DNA of 60,940 nt, filler included, from Armatimonadota bacterium (lineage in GTDB: Bacteria > Armatimonadota > Fimbriimonadia > Fimbriimonadales > Fimbriimonadaceae): NCBI GenBank assembly GCA_031400935.1. It is 3 parts of 3 records of this genome, joined end to end, with 100 filler letters (N's around TTAATTAATTAA, not from the genome) between each part and the next. Parts side by side here need not be neighbours in the genome. Positions count along the whole stretch, not along the records: positions 47,595 to 60,940 come from JANNQV010000066.1; 2 more parts are not named here. The stretch is one strand, 5' to 3'. A program made the position numbers and the translations under genes. The notes under the pieces are model-generated. The model saw nothing but the letters and a program-made list of their open reading frames with translations, searched no databases and was not told the origin of the DNA. Within the stretch, counting starts at the first letter, position 1. Each line of letters starts with the position of its first letter. Positions 56,730-60,940 of this stretch are shown here, in pieces.

Positions 56730-57390
56730 CGCGCACCTCGATTTCATTTTGTCCGTTATTCGCTGCTACAGGATTTCTAGTTGGTCTTCCGTTTAGTTGA
56801 GTCGGCTGTACTTCAAAACCGTTTGCAATATCTCCTCGCAAATTCGGATTCACTGGCGCAAAACCATTATTCGCCAATAGTCCAGACGAGCGGTTTTCCG
56901 ATTCCGTTATTGTCAGAGTATAATTTTTTCCGCTTCTAGCCACTAGTATAAGCGAAAAAGGCGAAATTCCAGTAACTGTTGCCATTTTCCATGATTCGGA
57001 ATGCTTCAAAAACACTCCTTCACCGGTCACCTTGTTTTCAAGCAACCCCATGGGAATTCCGTCAATTTCTGCCATTCCCGTATAAACCCAATTTGGGTCT
57101 CCACCCGTTAAGACGCTCGGAACTGCGTTCGGGCTTAGTGCTGTTTCGGCACCACCCGAATTCGTCCTTACTACTATCGGCACAAATGCGTCTTTCACTG
57201 GTTCCGGAATTCGGTCAAATTTGGCTGTAAGGTCGGCTTCAGTAAAGCCCTCAGGAAGGTTTGAAGCTACTGTCGCTGTTTTCTTCTTTGTAGCACCTTT
57301 TCGAGCTACCGAATCTGGATTGGTGAAGACATAGCCACCAATAGCAACTGATCCGAGAAGCATATAGAGTACTGGTCTGCTGATTTTCAT
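56716..57390 (-). CDS. Membrane-anchored secretion protein (PilP/GspC-like position)
   Basis: N-terminal TM, DAFVP motif, beta-rich WVYTG...GLLE domain; lies between pilO and gspD. Confidence 0.55.
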   Translation of the reverse strand: MKISRPVLYMLLGSVAIGGYVFTNPDSVARKGATKKKTATVASNLPEGFTEADLTAKFDRIPEPVKDAFVPIVVRTNSGGAETALSPNAVPSVLTGGDPNWVYTGMAEIDGIPMGLLENKVTGEGVFLKHSESWKMATVTGISPFSLILVARSGKNYTLTITESENRSSGLLANNGFAPVNPNLRGDIANGFEVQPTQLNGRPTRNPVAANNGQNEIEVRDGNN

Positions 57391-57391
57391 A

Positions 57392-57949
57392 TTACGCGTT
57401 CACTTTTCCTTTCTTTGCTTTGATTTTTGGGGGTGCCTTTTGAAAAGCCCAAAGACCAATCACTGCATTTACAGCAGAACTTGATCCATCCGTAGAAGAC
57501 ATTTGCACTACATGTACGACAATTTTATGGATCGGCAACTCCATTTCACGCACAAACTCGACAACTTTTGGATAAGTTCCTTCTATTGAAACGAGAAACG
57601 GCAAACGAATGGTTGCGCCTTCCGTTATCTGCTTTTGAGGTCGAAATGCTGAAAGTTTGATGCCTAGGCGATTTGCAACTGCTGTAGTTGCTTCAAGAGT
57701 TACTGGGCCGACTTCGTCAGATTTTCCAGTCCACATTCTCTCAAACGCAAACTTTTCTGATTCCAGGACTTCTTGATAAAGGGATTGAGCTTGTTTCCGA
57801 ACTTTTGTCTCTTGTTCCGCGACAGCTTCACCGGTAAATCTGAATTTTGGCATCGGTGTTGCCAAATGGTAAATCAAGATTCCAACCATTGCAAAAACTG
57901 AGATTCCAAGCAAAACGTTCCAGGGCAAAATGGCTGATTTTTGGTTCAT
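57392..57949 (-). CDS. pilO: PilO/GspM-like protein
   Basis: Starts MNQKSAIL at 57949 (ATGA overlap); TM, then LPFLVSIEGTYPKVVEFVREME. Confidence 0.75.
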   Translation of the reverse strand: MNQKSAILPWNVLLGISVFAMVGILIYHLATPMPKFRFTGEAVAEQETKVRKQAQSLYQEVLESEKFAFERMWTGKSDEVGPVTLEATTAVANRLGIKLSAFRPQKQITEGATIRLPFLVSIEGTYPKVVEFVREMELPIHKIVVHVVQMSSTDGSSSAVNAVIGLWAFQKAPPKIKAKKGKVNA

Positions 57950-59211
57950 TTCTTGCTCCTCTCCTGCTTGGTTTTGATGGTTGGCAAGTTCCCGACAACA
58001 TGCGATGAAATCGAGAATTGAACGACACTTGTGGACTCGATCAAGGTTTGGTTTGCGAAAGCAAGTTTTGAGTCCCGAAATCTGTCGTTCGCGTTTAAAC
58101 TCTGAAGGTAGACCCCCAATGCCTCGTGACTCATTGCCATTCCGCGAAGCATCAGTGGCTTGCCGCGCTCCAGGCTCACTCCCGTAAGCCAAACGCCGTT
58201 CGGAACATCGTTGCTCACTGCGGTAAACACATCGCTCATGGGCTGAGCAGGTTGAAAAGCGCGTTTGAGATCGTCGTAAACTGCGCTTGCAGCAATTTTC
58301 TGTGTCACAACGCTGTTGCGTTGCTTTGTCCAGGAATTAATGTTTCTAGAGGCAGCGACATTTTGCTTGTCAACCATTTTTTGCATTTCGTCTCTCTGGT
58401 CCCAAACAACTGCGCCAACTCCAATCGCAGCGGCTACCATCAGCAATGAAAAGCGGGCACGACTTGAAACTGCTGCTTTCTCTCGCTTGGCAACTAAGGC
58501 GGGCAATTCTAAAAGCAAAGTGGAAAGATCGGCAACGTGGTCTACGATGCTGTTTGCGATTGTAGAATTTGACTTCAAGTCGCCAATTCGGCTTGATTTT
58601 GATCCTAGAACTTGGCTCGAAGGGAAACCGCTTGCTGCAATAGTTCTCTCGATCTCTACTTGAAAATCGTCACTTCCAGCTATCCGGCTGTAAACGGTCG
58701 TTCCATCTGCTACAACGTCAATGGATGTGCCTTCAAAACCGTCCTCGACAACCGTTGCGTTCTGTGCACCCATTTCAGATGCTAGCAAACCAGCACCGAT
58801 TCCGGCGGCAACCGCACTCTCAATCTGAATTCCAGCTTCGCTTGCTTCCTCGAGAAGTTTTTCCAACAAGGTGACTGGAACTGCGCTGAGAACTGCCAAG
58901 CGGCCTTCGGAATTCACATCAGAAGTCAGTTTGAATCCGTATGCCAACTCACCTTGGACCTGAGGGAAAAGCTGAGCGCCATGCATTTGGACAATTGCTA
59001 GCACATCGGCGGCCTTTGCGTCAGGCAATCGGGTTGCCTTCAAATACGTTGAGCGACGACTGAGCACAAGCAGCACTTTGCCTTGAACTTGCCCCTTCAG
59101 GTCACTCAAAGATGAACCTCGGAAAGTAGCCTTTGTAGCTACGTTGGTAGCAACCACCAAAGAAGGCGACCACTCGATCAGCCACGTCATCTGGCTTCGC
59201 TTCTGGTTCAT
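57946..59211 (-). CDS. GspL-like PilM/PilN fusion
   Basis: Cytoplasmic N-domain (putatively actin-like), TM, C-terminal PilN domain VPNGVWLTGVSL...LRGMA. Confidence 0.75.
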   Translation of the reverse strand: MNQKRSQMTWLIEWSPSLVVATNVATKATFRGSSLSDLKGQVQGKVLLVLSRRSTYLKATRLPDAKAADVLAIVQMHGAQLFPQVQGELAYGFKLTSDVNSEGRLAVLSAVPVTLLEKLLEEASEAGIQIESAVAAGIGAGLLASEMGAQNATVVEDGFEGTSIDVVADGTTVYSRIAGSDDFQVEIERTIAASGFPSSQVLGSKSSRIGDLKSNSTIANSIVDHVADLSTLLLELPALVAKREKAAVSSRARFSLLMVAAAIGVGAVVWDQRDEMQKMVDKQNVAASRNINSWTKQRNSVVTQKIAASAVYDDLKRAFQPAQPMSDVFTAVSNDVPNGVWLTGVSLERGKPLMLRGMAMSHEALGVYLQSLNANDRFRDSKLAFANQTLIESTSVVQFSISSHVVGNLPTIKTKQERSKK

Positions 59212-60449
59212 CGCGCCTCCGCAAGAATCACGTCGCCAGTTGTCGTTTCAACCCAATTCCATTTTTCTAGCATAGAGCGTCGAGATGATTCCCAAGTTGA
59301 TGCGACTGTGGCAGTACCATTGGCAATCGTAACTAATGCTTCTGAAGAATAGATTGCGCCTCGAAAAACACTTTGGATCCGAATTCGAAACGCCCGCGAG
59401 CCAACGACAAACGAATCTGCGTTTAGCTGAAGCCATTGCAAATTCACGCCAGGAATAGTGGTGACATCCCCGATTAAGGTGAATCCTGTTGCTTGTCGAG
59501 TAAGAATTGCCGACGTGATATCAGGCGTTGAATTCGGCAACGAATTCAACGCCGCCTCTGACGCTGTATTTAGGTTGAGTCGGCCTGTCACTTCTGTAGA
59601 TGCATTAACGCTGAGATTGTTCAAAATGTTCGCTACATTTTGCAAGTTCACGCCGTTTACTGTTAGAACCTGACCGAGGGTTGCAAAAGTGCCCTGGCCC
59701 CTGCGATTGATGATTGCTTGTGCAAGTTGCTGGGATTGAAGAATTTGTTGAAGATTTGCCAGTGTCGCAGTGTTAACGTTCAAGCGAGGCTGTCCGCCTG
59801 GATTAGTCCAAGGAGCACGAGAATAGACAGTTGCTAAATTGGACAGCACAGGCCTTGCTTCTTCGGAACCAGAAACCAGAGGAGGTAAACCTGACTCTTC
59901 GGTTGGAAGCTGGTCTAGTGTGGCTTGATTCCAACCCCGGATAAGCAAGAGTTCATCTAAAGTACGAATCGGTTGAAGAGCAGTATTGTAAGGTACTGCC
60001 AAATTGTTGTAAAACTCGTCCTTTGCTCCTTCAGGTCGGGCATCGAAACCTGGTTGGCGCCAATCTAAGAGACTATCAACTTGCTCCGCGGTTAATCCAA
60101 GGTTCAGCAGTTGCTGTTCATTGGCTTGATTCAAATTTACAAATGAGCCTTCGTCTAGAATTTGAACCCGAAACGAACCTTCATCCACAAGGAAGTTTTC
60201 GCCGTTTTCTTCTCCGAGCAAAAACCACGTGTCTGTTTGAAGAACTGTGTTTTCGTCAATCGAAGCCATCTCGGCAAGGACTCGTTGGACGCCAGCCTGT
60301 GCAATTCTCTTTGCTTGAAGTTTTTCGAGTTCGGCGGTCACTTCTTTGATTTCGGAATTTTGGGTTGCTGCAAAAGAGACGACAAGCATGACTAGCCCGG
60401 CCAATACTGCTAAAACCATGATGAATGCGGATCCTTGGCATTTTCTCAT
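59208..60449 (-). CDS. gspK: Type II secretion minor pseudopilin GspK with HhH repeats
   Basis: QG-SAFIMVL prepilin site, DEGSFVNLN, LLDWR, TLDELLLIRG, LNVNTAT/LNLNTAS. Confidence 0.9.
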   Translation of the reverse strand: MRKCQGSAFIMVLAVLAGLVMLVVSFAATQNSEIKEVTAELEKLQAKRIAQAGVQRVLAEMASIDENTVLQTDTWFLLGEENGENFLVDEGSFRVQILDEGSFVNLNQANEQQLLNLGLTAEQVDSLLDWRQPGFDARPEGAKDEFYNNLAVPYNTALQPIRTLDELLLIRGWNQATLDQLPTEESGLPPLVSGSEEARPVLSNLATVYSRAPWTNPGGQPRLNVNTATLANLQQILQSQQLAQAIINRRGQGTFATLGQVLTVNGVNLQNVANILNNLSVNASTEVTGRLNLNTASEAALNSLPNSTPDITSAILTRQATGFTLIGDVTTIPGVNLQWLQLNADSFVVGSRAFRIRIQSVFRGAIYSSEALVTIANGTATVASTWESSRRSMLEKWNWVETTTGDVILAEAR

Positions 60450-60940
60450 TGTCCACCTTCCGTTTCCACAGGATTTTCAGCCGTCACATCGCTTCGAGGC
60501 AATCGGACAATCAAAACGTGCTCGGTTCCCTCAGCGTCACCAGAAAGAGCGTAGGTCACTCTGACTAAAGACGGAATTCTTTTCGTGGTCATCGCCGTAG
60601 TGTCCCAAGTATTGATCCATTGCAGCCCGTCCCAAGCTTCAAATCCAATAGAATCAATATTTCCCTTTAAAACCCGTTCGGTTCCGCCTTGCGCTTCGTC
60701 ACCGTCTGCGGGCCGTTGCGTTCGCAAGAAGAGTCCTGCTGCATCGGCGGCATCTCCGACCGCAGTTGTTGACAAGCTCAATTCAGCCAATCCGCCTTGC
60801 GGACCGAAGGATTCATTTTGAGATTCAAAGTCGAGCTCCGAATTGGCGGCTGCGCCCGAAGAAGGCAGTCCAGTTGCTGTAAATGTCATCGTATCGGCGC
60901 TGTCGCCACTATTCCCGGATGCAGGACCATTTCCACCAAC
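60446..60940 (-). CDS. gspJ: Type II secretion pseudopilin GspJ-like (5' end outside the window)
   Basis: WDGLQWINTWD...IPSLVRVT C-terminal pattern; upstream of gspK. Confidence 0.7.
   Translation of the reverse strand, partial: VGGNGPASGNSGDSADTMTFTATGLPSSGAAANSELDFESQNESFGPQGGLAELSLSTTAVGDAADAAGLFLRTQRPADGDEAQGGTERVLKGNIDSIGFEAWDGLQWINTWDTTAMTTKRIPSLVRVTYALSGDAEGTEHVLIVRLPRSDVTAENPVETEGGQ

Noticed and set aside
57950..58192. Long N-terminal extension of the PilO ORF in the track
   Set aside because: It overlaps the upstream gene; the ATGA-coupled start at 57949 gives a normal PilO.

Overview
Bacterial draft-genome window of moderate GC content, probably Armatimonadota/Fimbriimonadaceae-like (an inference from gene content and protein style, not a search). 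It is three contigs joined by artificial N-linkers containing TTAATTAATTAA: 1-21461, 21562-47494 and 47595-60940. Contig 1 carries hflX, thiN, dnaA, gyrB, pyrD, an orphan flagellin and an ACIII (actE/F/G)-SCO-caa3 oxidase operon. Contig 2 carries a small phage-like P63C/DUF1508 patch, two DUF1549/DUF1553 cytochrome c + DUF1501 modules around a GH2, acyl-CoA catabolism genes, a RAYT-like transposase homologue lacking its catalytic residues, murK-murQ, sucC and infC-rpmI-rplT. Contig 3 carries the etfA end, a SurA/PrsA-like PPIase, mazG, an S1/P1 nuclease, an RNase H-like exonuclease, a Clp-N protein and a type II secretion-like operon. Main finding: at 50524-51384 (-) three consecutive in-frame segments are separated only by two TGA codons, each followed at 19-21 nt by a similar GGGCY(Y)-[CGUGM]-loop hairpin. 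Read through, they give a 286-aa exported monoheme cytochrome c with two predicted selenocysteines, one placed where the distal heme ligand should be. Other points of interest: an ATA start for infC, a CsrA-type hairpin before the flagellin, REP-like and heptamer repeat families, and many apparently leaderless genes.
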